Source of the DNA: Terriglobia bacterium
GTDB lineage: Bacteria > Acidobacteriota > Terriglobia > 20CM-2-55-15
NCBI GenBank assembly: GCA_965198225.1
Contig: CBDAOY010000009.1
Span: forward strand, 1,184,001 to 1,248,000
Direction: 5' to 3'
DNA length: 64,000 nucleotides
Both the position numbers and the translations under genes were made by a program. The notes beneath the pieces are model-generated. The model was not told the origin of the DNA, made no database searches, and saw nothing but the letters and a program-made list of their open reading frames with translations. Below are positions 51,529 through 61,291 of the stretch, piece after piece (the first letter of the stretch is position 1; the number at the start of each line of letters is the position of its first letter).

Positions 51529-52380
51529 ATGAATACAATCATCAGACACGTTTTCTTGCTGGCCGTCCTCATGTCACTGGCCGCGACCGGCTTTTCCGAC
51601 ACACTGGTCCTGAAGGGTGGCGAGACGATCACAGGCTATTACGAAGGGGGAACCGCCAGGGTGATCCGCTTCCGGACCGAAGACGGCGTCAAGGAGTACG
51701 ACCTGCTTTCCGTGCCCCGGATCCAGTTTGGAGACGAGCCGGTCAGCCTGGCCGTTGAGCCGGGAGTTCGGGAGCCGGAACCCATTGACGCCGAAGAACC
51801 CGATGTTCGCTTGCGAACCAGGGAGGAAGGCCCCGTCGTACCCACTTCGACGGCCGCTGCAGAACCCGCCTACACCGTACCCACCGGATCGGCTCTCCTG
51901 GTTCGGATGATCGACAGCATCGACAGCGAGGTCGACAAGGTGGGCCAGACGTTTACCGCAACGCTGGCCGATCCGCTCGTGATCGAGGGTGTTGAAGTGG
52001 CCGCTCGTGGTTCGGACCTGAGGGGCCGGATCACGGAGGTCGAGGACGCCGGGAGAGTTCGGGGATCCGCGGAATTGCGCCTGGAGCTGACGCAGATCGT
52101 CGTCAACGGCATTCCATATGCACTCACGACAGCCGAGTATCAGGAGGTTGGTGAGGGCCGCGGTGAAGAGACCGCCAGCCGCATGGGTAAGGCGGCGGGA
52201 GTCGGAGCCCTGATCGGTTTGATTGCCGGTGGCGGGAAAGGTGCGGCCATCGGGGCCGGAGTCGGCGCGGGCGCGGCCGGCGTGGTCCAGGTGATGACGA
52301 AGGGCGAGCAGCTGTACATTCCAGCCGAGACGCTGCTGGAGTTTACGATCCGCGAACCACTGGTAATCGCTTCAAAGTAG
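51529..52380 (+). CDS. Exported protein with beta-domain and glycine zipper (TrbI/VirB10-like C-terminal region)
   Basis: Signal peptide, TVPTGS.L.VRM.D.IDS, GAAIGAGVGAGAA and IPAETLLEF motifs. Confidence 0.75.
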   Translation: MNTIIRHVFLLAVLMSLAATGFSDTLVLKGGETITGYYEGGTARVIRFRTEDGVKEYDLLSVPRIQFGDEPVSLAVEPGVREPEPIDAEEPDVRLRTREEGPVVPTSTAAAEPAYTVPTGSALLVRMIDSIDSEVDKVGQTFTATLADPLVIEGVEVAARGSDLRGRITEVEDAGRVRGSAELRLELTQIVVNGIPYALTTAEYQEVGEGRGEETASRMGKAAGVGALIGLIAGGGKGAAIGAGVGAGAAGVVQVMTKGEQLYIPAETLLEFTIREPLVIASK

Positions 52381-52390
52381 GGTTGATCAC

Positions 52391-52587
52391 GTGTAGGTGC
52401 GGTCTATGACCGCACAACTGGTGGGTCCGCTCTTCGTTCGTAAGGTTCTGCTGATCCAACACCCGGGGACGGGGCAAGCCCCGTCCCCCTCACAGTGGCT
52501 CTCTCACGGACCGGGTCGCCTGGGCTATTCCGCTTCCTTCGCATTCGTCGAACCCGAAAAATGTGCGGTCATAGACCGCACCTACAC
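52391..52587. repeat. Inverted REP pair with a long (~147 bp) spacer
   Basis: REP at 52391-52415 (+) and 52563-52587 (-); the second supplies the stop codon of the antiporter gene. Confidence 0.8.
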
Positions 52588-53754
52588 TTCCTCCCCGACT
52601 TCTCCCCGGTTGAGCCTCTTGAAGAGAGTGGGGAACAGCAGTCCCGATACGACGGCCATGAGGATTACCGTCGCACTTTCCGCTTCGGTCAATGCCCCAA
52701 GTTCCAGACCCAGCGTGGCGATCGCCACCAGCAGCGTCAGGGGTGTGGCCAGGAGCAGTGAAGCTCCGGCGAGCTGTCTCAACCCGAAGTGTTCGAGACG
52801 AAGGAGGGCGCAAGCCGCAGCCTTGACTAACAGGGACAACACGAGGATCTCCATGAGCAGCGGCAGTATTCCGGGACTCCTCAAGGCCGCCAAATTGAAA
52901 CTGACTCCGACGTGGATGAAGAAGATCGGGATAAAGAAGCCCTGACCGATCCCTGCCATCTTCGTTTCCAGCCCACCCTTCTCGCGGAAAACGAAGGAGA
53001 ACAGAGCGCCGGCGAGGAACGCGCCCAGGATGGCTTCCATGCCGAGCAGTTCGGAAATCGCGACGAAGGCGATCATCAGGGCCAGGCCGGCCCGAACCCC
53101 GACTTCTGACGGATCCTCGATCTCGATCCACCTCGAGAACTGAGCCGGATACCACCACACGAGCAGCCGCAGGAACATCAGGACCAGGTAGGCGAGCGCA
53201 AAGACAGCCCCCAGCCGCACCACTTCCTCGAGGAATTCGAGCCCGAGGCCGAACCGGAAGACGATGTTATAGAACGTCGCGATTACGATCGTCAGGAACT
53301 CTCCAACGGATCCGACGAGTATGACGGTCTGTCCAAAATCCGAACGCGCCATTCCGGTTTCCCGCAGACATACGAGGACGATTCCGATCGAGGTTGCCCC
53401 CAGGACGATCGCGAAGAAGAGCGAGCGGCCCTGCTGGTAGGCGGCCAGGAAAGCCAATCCCATGATGACCCCTGCGACCAGGACGCTGATGAACAACAGT
53501 CGGGGCCCGCGACGTTCGAGGCTCGTGAAATCCAGTTCGAGCCCGGCGAGGAACATGAGAAAGGCGAAACCGAATTCTGCGATGAAGCTGAAGAACTCGG
53601 TTTCGGTCACGATCCCGAGGAGGTAGGGACCGACGAGGATGCCGAAGACGATCTCGCCGACGGCGGCCGGAACACCGAGGCGTCCGCTGAGGAGCGGTAC
53701 AAGAAACGCACCGATCGCTATCACCAGGAGTGTGATGGCTTGGGAGGCTTCCAT
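52582..53754 (-). CDS. CPA2-family cation:proton antiporter
   Basis: GEIVFGILVGP, LMFLAGLE, ILGAFLAG and FIPIFF motifs; multi-TM. Confidence 0.9.
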   Translation of the reverse strand: MEASQAITLLVIAIGAFLVPLLSGRLGVPAAVGEIVFGILVGPYLLGIVTETEFFSFIAEFGFAFLMFLAGLELDFTSLERRGPRLLFISVLVAGVIMGLAFLAAYQQGRSLFFAIVLGATSIGIVLVCLRETGMARSDFGQTVILVGSVGEFLTIVIATFYNIVFRFGLGLEFLEEVVRLGAVFALAYLVLMFLRLLVWWYPAQFSRWIEIEDPSEVGVRAGLALMIAFVAISELLGMEAILGAFLAGALFSFVFREKGGLETKMAGIGQGFFIPIFFIHVGVSFNLAALRSPGILPLLMEILVLSLLVKAAACALLRLEHFGLRQLAGASLLLATPLTLLVAIATLGLELGALTEAESATVILMAVVSGLLFPTLFKRLNRGEVGEEV

Positions 53755-53755
53755 G

Positions 53756-55213
53756 CTATATCGGCAGGACGAAGGTCGTGATCGGGGATCGCCGCAGGAG
53801 ATGCTGGCTCGCGTCCGGGTTGAAGAACGACGGTTTCCGGTTCTTGGAGTGTGAGACAACCATCATCTGGTAGTCCGGGCAGAGATCGAGGACCTCCTCG
53901 ATCGGGTTGCCTTCCAGGTGGACCTGTTCGACGTCCAGGTGGTAGAGGCTGGCCAGGTGGGTGACCTTCTCGAGCGCGGCCTTCTGATCTTCGATCGTCG
54001 CGGCGCCGACGACGAAGCGGGGCGCCGACACGGTAACCGCCGTGACCTCTGCCCTGTGCATCCTGGCCAGATCGAAAGCCAGCCGTGCGACCTGCATCGA
54101 GGATTCCGAGTCGGTGACCGGGAGCAGGACCTTTCGGTACGGGTAGGTTCCCCGCAGTACTGCCAGCGGTGACTCCATCTGCTTGAAGATTTCGGCCATT
54201 GCCGTCCTTCGGAGCCCGATTCGCTCGAGGAATCGGAAGCGGTCGTCGGGGACGACAAGGAAGCCGCAATCTTTCGGCACTACGTGTTTCGCGGTGACGT
54301 CGCCGTAGTTGCCGAAGACCGCGACGGTCGATGCGTCGATTCGATGGTCGGTGCTGACCCGCTCCACGGCCGACTGGATTCCAGGCTCATGGGGCCAGTA
54401 GAGGACTTCTACCCCCCTTGCCCGGCTGTGGTCGAGGATGTAGCGGAGTTCGCCGACGATATCCTCGAAGTCCGACGAGCTCTCGGTGAGCACCAGGATG
54501 TTGGACCCGAACTCGAGCGGGAACTCAGGCTCGCCGATCCGAAAATACTCGGCAATGGAAGGGAGAATCTCGGGTTCGCCAATCAGGATGACCCGGTCAT
54601 CCTGTTCGATTCGCGTGGGACCGCTTGGAACGACGAGCTTCTCGTCCCTGTAGATCGCGCCAACATTCCATCGGCGGGATCGGACTGACGACAAGGCCCG
54701 CCCGATCATCGGAGAAGAGGGGAGGACGCGCACCTCGACGACCTCGCCCCGACCTTCACCCGTGCTCAACGACGTTCCGACACCATGTAGAACCCGGTTT
54801 TCGAGGCTGACGGCCGCGGCGTAGGAGGGGGTGACAAAGTCGATGCCGGCTTCCCGGTATCGTTCCCGCTGTGAGAATTTAGCGACCGCGGCAAAGAGGT
54901 TGGACTTCTCAAAATGCTCCCGGGCGAGCCGGCACACCTCCAGGTTGACGTCGTCGGAGGACGTGACCGCTATGACGTAGTCGACATGCTCGATTCCCGC
55001 CCGCTCCAGAATCAGTCTGCTTGTCCCGTCTCCGACGGTCTTCAGGACTCTTTCCGGATCGACATCTTCACGGATCAGCCCAAGCTTGTTCTTATCCGGA
55101 TCGACGATGGAAATCCGCCAGGTAGCAACGAGCCGCCGGAGCAGTTCGCGTCCGGTTGTTCCCGCGCCCACGACCAGCACACGGGGCTCCAACTTGGAAT
55201 CGGCCAGTTTCAT
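53756..55213 (-). CDS. TrkA-N/TrkA-C (RCK) protein fused to universal stress protein domain(s)
   Basis: VVGAGTTG, GDGT, DDVNLE and RCK-C motifs, then KVLLPVTDS...GNP...LLRRSP. Confidence 0.85.
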   Translation of the reverse strand: MKLADSKLEPRVLVVGAGTTGRELLRRLVATWRISIVDPDKNKLGLIREDVDPERVLKTVGDGTSRLILERAGIEHVDYVIAVTSSDDVNLEVCRLAREHFEKSNLFAAVAKFSQRERYREAGIDFVTPSYAAAVSLENRVLHGVGTSLSTGEGRGEVVEVRVLPSSPMIGRALSSVRSRRWNVGAIYRDEKLVVPSGPTRIEQDDRVILIGEPEILPSIAEYFRIGEPEFPLEFGSNILVLTESSSDFEDIVGELRYILDHSRARGVEVLYWPHEPGIQSAVERVSTDHRIDASTVAVFGNYGDVTAKHVVPKDCGFLVVPDDRFRFLERIGLRRTAMAEIFKQMESPLAVLRGTYPYRKVLLPVTDSESSMQVARLAFDLARMHRAEVTAVTVSAPRFVVGAATIEDQKAALEKVTHLASLYHLDVEQVHLEGNPIEEVLDLCPDYQMMVVSHSKNRKPSFFNPDASQHLLRRSPITTFVLPI

Positions 55214-55323
55214 ACGCTACAGGCCGCTGGTTTCCGGCGAGACGGTGAGAAACCGGCTGACTGTCCCAGCGGCGAGAAACGGCAGCCCGTTCTTGAGTCA
55301 GAAGTGGCGTCCGCCTCAGGACA

Positions 55324-56103
55324 CTAGAAGCCTTTGACCTTTCCGGCCTTCTTGTAGCACTGAAAAACGATATGCCATCCAATCGCGATCACGAGCAGCC
55401 AGAAGACCCAATAGTAGTTGTTGGGAATCCCCAGGTTGCCTCCGGCGAAGAAGGTTGCGTGCTGTCCGATCATTGCCCAGAGCAGCGGCAGAGACATGTA
55501 CGTGTTGTGCTTCGATCGCAGGCCGGCCAACTTGGGAAGGGCGGGATCAGGCGCTTCGCCGTTCTTGACGGCCAAGATGATTTTCTGCTGGGCCGGCCAG
55601 ATCCGGTACCAGACATTGAACGCCATCGCTGTTCCGAAGAGCGCTCCCGTGTGAATCAGAGTTCCCCGATAGCTGAAGTGGCCGACGTAGTGGAAGAGCG
55701 CAACTACGACGGAGAGGAGTATGAAGGAAACGATCACCGCCACCCGCACGTTGGAGGCGAGGCCGCTCTTCCAGAGGGCGTCGTAGACGAATACCGCGAG
55801 AAAGGTGACCGCGATCATGATCAACGGACCGGCCGACCATGTGGCGTCGGTTGCGAGCGTCTGCTGTCCATGGTAGTAGACCACCGCCAGCAGCAGCACA
55901 CCTGTGATCCACGTCCAGGCGGCTCCCCATCGGAACCAGAACAGCGCCCGCGGCATGAGCTCAGGCACGACGGCTTTCTTGGTCGGGCCGTCAAGCGCCG
56001 CCGCCATCGGACCGTTGACCCAGTTGAAGAAGTATAAATGTCCAATCCAGATGATTCCGACAAAGACGTGCATCCATCTGAAGAGTGTCTCCAATCCGTT
56101 CAT
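55324..56103 (-). CDS. puuD: Urate hydroxylase PuuD-family membrane protein (no cytochrome c domain)
   Basis: RWMHVFVGIIWIGHLYFFN, WFRWGAAWTW, MAFNVW..IWPAQ and RSKHNTY motifs; no CxxCH. Confidence 0.8.
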   Translation of the reverse strand: MNGLETLFRWMHVFVGIIWIGHLYFFNWVNGPMAAALDGPTKKAVVPELMPRALFWFRWGAAWTWITGVLLLAVVYYHGQQTLATDATWSAGPLIMIAVTFLAVFVYDALWKSGLASNVRVAVIVSFILLSVVVALFHYVGHFSYRGTLIHTGALFGTAMAFNVWYRIWPAQQKIILAVKNGEAPDPALPKLAGLRSKHNTYMSLPLLWAMIGQHATFFAGGNLGIPNNYYWVFWLLVIAIGWHIVFQCYKKAGKVKGF

Positions 56104-56584
56104 CGCTAACTCCTTCGGTTCAGAATTCGGGTTCAGAAATCCATAAGGAAAGAAACCGGTGGATTCTATCGACGGACTCCCGAAACTGCGAATTGCCTGG
56201 CCGAGCTGGAGGTTGATCTGCAGCCTCCCCAGCTCGCACGAGAGTAGTAGTGACGCCCTAGCGGCCGCCACAAGTGTCGATGGCGGTTGACGTTACCATA
56301 TCCCGGGTCAAATTGGAAATGGGGCCCCGCTGGAGTGAGTTGCGGCTGGTTTTGGATAGCTCGACGGGAGGAATCGGTTGCAAAATCTCTCCCGTTCCGA
56401 TTGAATGGGACGCATCTCAGGCTACATTGATGAGACTGTTCTGAAGCGTCGCGTCTTCCCATCAGGCGGTCACCCATGGCGTGGGGGATTTTCCTTGTTG
56501 AAGGCGGGGCGCTTCGCCATTTAGATCTCGCGCTATGCGGCCAGTCCACATCATCTTATAATCCGGCGCGCTCAGGGGGTGCCC

Positions 56585-57607
56585 ATGCCACTTCTGACAA
56601 CAGTGATCGCCTGCCTCCTGTTTGTGAGCCAGGCCATGGCACAGAACAGCTCTCCGCTCGAGCGCCTGCTCGAGTCCGAGCTGTCGCGTTTTCCGGCGCG
56701 GGCGGGAATCTACGTGAAGCACCTGCAGACAGGGGAAGAGGCCGGCGTCCGGGCCGCCGAGGCGTTCAACAGCGCCAGCGTGATCAAGATCACGATCATG
56801 GCGATGGCGCTCCAGTGGGTGGACGAAGGGAAGCTCGACCTGGACGAGCGGGTTGAAGTCACTCCATCGGATTTTCGGGGAGGATCGGGGATATTCCGCA
56901 GGCATGACCCCGGACTCAATCCAACCACACGGGATGTGCTCACCCAGATGATCGCCACGAGCGACAACTCCGCCACGGACATGATGATTACCCGGCTCGG
57001 GGGTGTCGATGCCGTCAACGAATGGATCGAAGCCGCCGGCTATGGAGACACGCGACTCGTACAGACGATCTACGAGATTTTCCGCTCGATTTACGAGCCT
57101 CTCGGCCCGGAATACGAAGCTTTGACCCCTGAAGAGCTCTACGCCATCCAGTCGAACGATCCGTTTTTCACCGAAACCCGGCCGGAGCTAATGGAAAAGT
57201 TTAGAAGCGACAGCGGCGGCCGTCGGTTGGGCGTGGAGTGGCGACAGGGTTACCGGAACAACCCGGAAGGCTGGCTCGGTGTGATGACGCCGGCCGAAAC
57301 AGGCCGTATCCTCGAAGACATCCAGCAGGGTCGCCTGGCATCTGAAAGCGGCACCGCCGAGATGTTGCGGATGTTGCGTCGCCAGCTTTCCGGCGCCCGC
57401 CGGCTGCCCCATTACATCAATGTGCCGGTCGGCCACAAGACCGGAGATCTCTCCGACGTCGCCAACGACGTCGGCATCATCTACGCGCGCACCGGGCCCG
57501 TCGTCGTTGCGGTCTTCACGTCCGAAATCGAGGGTCCCTACGCCGAACTCGAAGACCGGATCGGCCGCGTCGCGCAGCGCATCGTGGACTACTTCGACGG
57601 AAGATAG
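56585..57607 (+). CDS. Exported serine hydrolase, class A beta-lactamase-like fold
   Basis: SVIK (SxxK), SDN and KTG motifs; signal peptide. Confidence 0.88.
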   Translation: MPLLTTVIACLLFVSQAMAQNSSPLERLLESELSRFPARAGIYVKHLQTGEEAGVRAAEAFNSASVIKITIMAMALQWVDEGKLDLDERVEVTPSDFRGGSGIFRRHDPGLNPTTRDVLTQMIATSDNSATDMMITRLGGVDAVNEWIEAAGYGDTRLVQTIYEIFRSIYEPLGPEYEALTPEELYAIQSNDPFFTETRPELMEKFRSDSGGRRLGVEWRQGYRNNPEGWLGVMTPAETGRILEDIQQGRLASESGTAEMLRMLRRQLSGARRLPHYINVPVGHKTGDLSDVANDVGIIYARTGPVVVAVFTSEIEGPYAELEDRIGRVAQRIVDYFDGR

Positions 57608-58966
57608 ATGGAACTGGCACTTCCCGTCATCGTCTTCTTCCTGCTCGGTATGACCGGAATCGGGGTGTGGCATGCCCGCAAGGTCCGTTCCGCCAGAGAT
57701 TTCGCCCTTGCCGGGAGGCGAATCGGAGCCCCGGTACTCGCCGGCACGCTGATCGCGACCTGGATCGGCACCGGTTCGTTGTTCGGCAACAGCGAGTTCA
57801 CCTACCTGCATGGGGCAGCCGGTTTCTTCCTGCCGCTGTCGGGGGTCGTGGGGATGCTGATACTGGCTCACCTGGCCCCGCGGGTCCGCGAACTACCAGC
57901 ATCCAGCGTCCCGCAGATACTTGGCCTGCGATTCGGCCGGTTGGCGCAGGTCCTCAGTGCGGTCGCGATCATCCTGGCTTATCTGGTGATCGTTTCCTAC
58001 CAGTACCGTGCGGGCGCGGCTGTTGCGGAAAGAATCTTTCCCGGTGCCGACCAGGTGATGCTTCGGATCGGCTTCGCGGTCTTCATCATCTTGTATACGG
58101 CTCTGGCTGGCTTGATCAGCGTCGCTCTTACCGATGTCGTCAACGGGATCGTCCTTGGAACAGGTTTGATCGTCGGCCTGGCTCTGGCGTGGAACGGGTG
58201 GAATCCTGAACTGCAGCCTTTCGATCCGGCGATGCTTCAGCTTTCTGGCGGACTGGGGACGCTCGGGTGGATCAACGTGATGCTGCCACCCTTTCTCCTG
58301 ATCCTGGGTGACGCGAACATGTACCAGCGTTTTCTGGCAGCCGGATCACCCCAGACTGCCCGCCGGGCGGCGTACGGCGCCTTTGCGGGTCTCCTCGTTC
58401 TGGAGAGCGCCATCATCGGCGTGGCTTTCTTCGGCCAGGTCCTTCTTCCGAGCGCGCCGGCCAACCCCGGTCACGTGATCATCGAGATGGCTTTTACGGT
58501 ATTCCCACCACTGGTCGGACTGCTGCTTGCGGCGACGGCGGTGGCCGTTATTGTTTCGACGGCGGACTCCTACCTTCTTGTGTGCTCCACGACGGCCTCG
58601 ATGGACCTCGGTGGTGGCCTGACGACACCGTTCAAACAGCGCATCCTCGTGATCGCATTCGGACTGTTTGCGCTCTTGCCGGCCTTCCTGTGGGAAGAGT
58701 TCTTGAGCGTTGCGCTCTACGCCTACACGCTCTATGGCGCCAGCCTGACGCCTGCGATGCTGGCGGCGCTGCTCCGGCCCTCGACCTCCGCCCGTGCGGT
58801 GGTTGGCGGGATGATCGCCGGCCTCGGCACCGCACTGGTCTGGAAGGTCCTGCTCGACGGCGGGCTGCTGGGCGGCGTCTTCGCCGACCTCGACCCGGTT
58901 CTCCCCGCGCTGGGAGCGAACGCGGCGGTTTTGTTGATCCTGGAATGGACCCGCCGGGACGTGTAG
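57608..58966 (+). CDS. Sodium:solute symporter family protein
   Basis: DFALAGR, ATWIG, YTALAGL.SVALTD, YQRFLAA and STADS motifs. Confidence 0.92.
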   Translation: MELALPVIVFFLLGMTGIGVWHARKVRSARDFALAGRRIGAPVLAGTLIATWIGTGSLFGNSEFTYLHGAAGFFLPLSGVVGMLILAHLAPRVRELPASSVPQILGLRFGRLAQVLSAVAIILAYLVIVSYQYRAGAAVAERIFPGADQVMLRIGFAVFIILYTALAGLISVALTDVVNGIVLGTGLIVGLALAWNGWNPELQPFDPAMLQLSGGLGTLGWINVMLPPFLLILGDANMYQRFLAAGSPQTARRAAYGAFAGLLVLESAIIGVAFFGQVLLPSAPANPGHVIIEMAFTVFPPLVGLLLAATAVAVIVSTADSYLLVCSTTASMDLGGGLTTPFKQRILVIAFGLFALLPAFLWEEFLSVALYAYTLYGASLTPAMLAALLRPSTSARAVVGGMIAGLGTALVWKVLLDGGLLGGVFADLDPVLPALGANAAVLLILEWTRRDV

Positions 58967-59141
58967 GCGCGTTCTATCCCAGTACACTTGCGCTTTACAG
59001 ACGATCTTGTGCGCTCATAGAGCGCACCTACACCTGTGGGGAAGATGGCGTGTGGATTAACGAGGTGTAGGTGCGGTCTATGACCGCACGTTCTTCGGGC
59101 CCGCGTCCAAATGGATGTGTAGGTGCGGTCTATGACCGCAC
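58961..59141. repeat. REP cluster (one degenerate and three clear copies)
   Basis: Copies at about 58961 (degenerate), 59009-59033 (-), 59065-59089 (+) and 59117-59141 (+). Confidence 0.85.
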
Positions 59142-59175
59142 GTTCTTCGAGCCGAGATAATGTGCTGGATCGCAG

Positions 59176-60429
59176 CTACATCTGATCATTGAACGACGGC
59201 TTGATGACCCACAACATGGCCAGGCCGGGCAGCGCCACGATAAAGCTGATGAGAAAGAAAACCGGCCAACCGGTTGCTTCCGCGAGCCTGCCGGACGGTG
59301 CGGCCAAGACGTCGCGAGAGACTGCCATCAAGGATGACAGGAGAGCGTACTGCGTCGCTGTGAAGCGGTGATTGCAGAGGCTCATCAGAAACGCGACGAA
59401 CGCCGCGGTTCCGAGCCCGACCGAAAAGTATTCGAAGTTGATGGTACCGACCATCAGCGGGTAGTTCTGTCCCGCCCGGGCCAGCGCGAGGTAGACGAGA
59501 TTGCTTCCGGCCTGGAACAGACCGAAAACCCACAGGGAATTGTAGATCCCCATCCGGCTCAGGAGCGCCCCTCCCACGACGATTCCCAAGATCGTCGCCA
59601 GCAGGCCCATGCCGCCCTGGACCGTGCCGACATCGGTCTGACTGAACCCGGTCTGGAGCAGGAAAGGGGTTGTCATATTGTTCACCAGGGCATCACCCAT
59701 CCGGTAGACCACGATGAAGCTGAGGATCAGCAACGCGCGTCGCAGACCGAAGCGCCCGGCGAACTCGAGGAAGGGATCGACTATCGCGGCCTTCAGCGAC
59801 GACGGCGGCACCCCGGGATCAGCCGGTTCGGGCGTTCGGAGGGAAGCGAGCAGGCCGATCAGCATGAAGCCAGCCATGATCAGGTACACCGTCGGCCAGG
59901 AGATCCTGTCCGCGAGGATGAGTGCGCCCGCACCGGTGAGGAGCATGGCGACCCGATAGCCCAGGACGTTCACGGCAGCGCCGGCGCCCAGTTCCCGTTC
60001 TTCGAGGACGTCGGCGCGGTAGGCGTCGATCGCGATGTCCTGCGTGGCGCTGAAGAACGCGATCGCAATCGCGACGACGGCCACAACCCTCACCGCATCC
60101 GATGGGTCGCCAAGCGACATTGCTGCAATCGAGACGATCAGGAGAACCTGGGAGCAGGCCATCCATCCGCGTCTTCGCCCCAGGCGAGGCAGGGTGAACC
60201 GGTCGAGCAGCGGCGACCAGATGAATTTCAGGGAATAGGGAAGGGCAACCAGGCTGAATAAGCCGATCGTGGTGAGATCGACTCCCTCAATCGTAAGCCA
60301 GGCCTGAAGTGTGCGACTCGTCAGGTAGAGGGGTAGTCCGGACGAAAAACCGAGCAGGAGGAGGAACACCATCTTGCGGCTCTTGAAAACGGCGAGCAGG
60401 GAGGCCTTTTCGCGTGGGCGCGGTGCCAT
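59176..60429 (-). CDS. ampG: AmpG-family muropeptide MFS transporter
   Basis: LGFSSGLP, KFIWSPLLDR, GRRRGW, SATQDIAIDAYR and ATQYALLSS motifs. Confidence 0.93.
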   Translation of the reverse strand: MAPRPREKASLLAVFKSRKMVFLLLLGFSSGLPLYLTSRTLQAWLTIEGVDLTTIGLFSLVALPYSLKFIWSPLLDRFTLPRLGRRRGWMACSQVLLIVSIAAMSLGDPSDAVRVVAVVAIAIAFFSATQDIAIDAYRADVLEERELGAGAAVNVLGYRVAMLLTGAGALILADRISWPTVYLIMAGFMLIGLLASLRTPEPADPGVPPSSLKAAIVDPFLEFAGRFGLRRALLILSFIVVYRMGDALVNNMTTPFLLQTGFSQTDVGTVQGGMGLLATILGIVVGGALLSRMGIYNSLWVFGLFQAGSNLVYLALARAGQNYPLMVGTINFEYFSVGLGTAAFVAFLMSLCNHRFTATQYALLSSLMAVSRDVLAAPSGRLAEATGWPVFFLISFIVALPGLAMLWVIKPSFNDQM

Positions 60430-60446
60430 CGGTGGGACATGTTAGC

Positions 60447-60478
60447 AGAAAGAAAACGGGCCCGCCGAAGCGGACCCG
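60447..60478 (-). terminator. Terminator downstream of hsp20
   Basis: CGGGTCCGC-ttcg-GCGGGCCCG followed by TTTTCTTT. Confidence 0.75.
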
Positions 60479-60505
60479 GTTGGTAAAGGGTTGGACGATT
60501 CGTGA

Positions 60506-60949
60506 TTACGAGGCGATCTTGATCTGCCGGGGCTTGACCTGTTCCTGCTTCGGCAGAGTGACGGTCAGCAACCCGTCCTTGAAGTCCGCCTTGATCTTGC
60601 CCTCTTCGATCGTCGTGGGCAGGGAAAACGACCGGCTGAAGGAGCCGTAGGCCCTTTCGATCCGGTGATAGTTGTCCTTGTTGTCTTCGCTCTCGAAACG
60701 CCGCTCGCCCTTGATGGTGAGAACGTTCTTCTCCAGATGAAGCTCGACCGCCTCGGGCGCGATGCCGGGCAGCTCCGCCTTCAGGACGAGCTCGTTCTCC
60801 GCCTCGAAAATATCCACATTCGGGCTCCAAGTCGTCGTGTCCGAAGGCTCACGACCCGGCCAGCTTCGGGTGTTCGTTCCGAAGATCCGGTTGAACTGAG
60901 TCTCGAGAGAGTTCAACTCGCGAAAAGGGTCCCATCGAACCAGTGCCAT
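60506..60949 (-). CDS. Hsp20/alpha-crystallin small heat-shock protein
   Basis: MALVRWDPFREL, AELPG, ERAYGSFSRSF.LP and GLLTVTLPK motifs; RBS AAGGAGG. Confidence 0.96.
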   Translation of the reverse strand: MALVRWDPFRELNSLETQFNRIFGTNTRSWPGREPSDTTTWSPNVDIFEAENELVLKAELPGIAPEAVELHLEKNVLTIKGERRFESEDNKDNYHRIERAYGSFSRSFSLPTTIEEGKIKADFKDGLLTVTLPKQEQVKPRQIKIAS

Positions 60950-61035
60950 TGTCTCCTCCTTGTTGTTAAAAGACGTTAATTTGATGGCTGCCGAAAGGGC
61001 CGATTCCCGCTCAACGGGCCCTGCCGGCACCTTCA

Positions 61036-61064
61036 TTTATAGAATATGATAGTAATACTGTCAA
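61036..61064 (-). promoter_or_regulatory. Sigma70-type promoter of hsp20 with overlapping inverted repeat
   Basis: TTGACA-N17-TATAAA; TGACAGT-ATT-ACTATCA overlaps the -35 box. Confidence 0.75.
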
Positions 61065-61291
61065 GTAATTTTATTAGAATACGCTAATATTTTGAAGTGC
61101 CGGTGAAGCGGGAGAATCTAAGTTCTTCTTTTTTAATTAGTTGATCTCCAAGGATCCAGGCTTGGGAGGAGGCTTTCGGTGCGTCGGTCAGCCGGCTGAT
61201 GGCCGGGTGCATCGTAACCGTCGCCAGCTCGAAGACGTACTAGAATGGTGACTGGCGGGTGGAAGCCCGTGTCTATAAAAGGAGCCCTTGA

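Noticed and set aside
56585-57607. Functional class A beta-lactamase resistance gene
   Set aside because: SxxK/SDN/KTG are present but no clear Omega-loop Glu166 context, and there is a long insertion; fold assignment only
60950-61100. CIRCE element or ROSE thermometer at hsp20
   Set aside because: No TTAGCACTC-N9-GAGTGCTAA, and the RBS lies in an A-rich stretch that is not obviously paired
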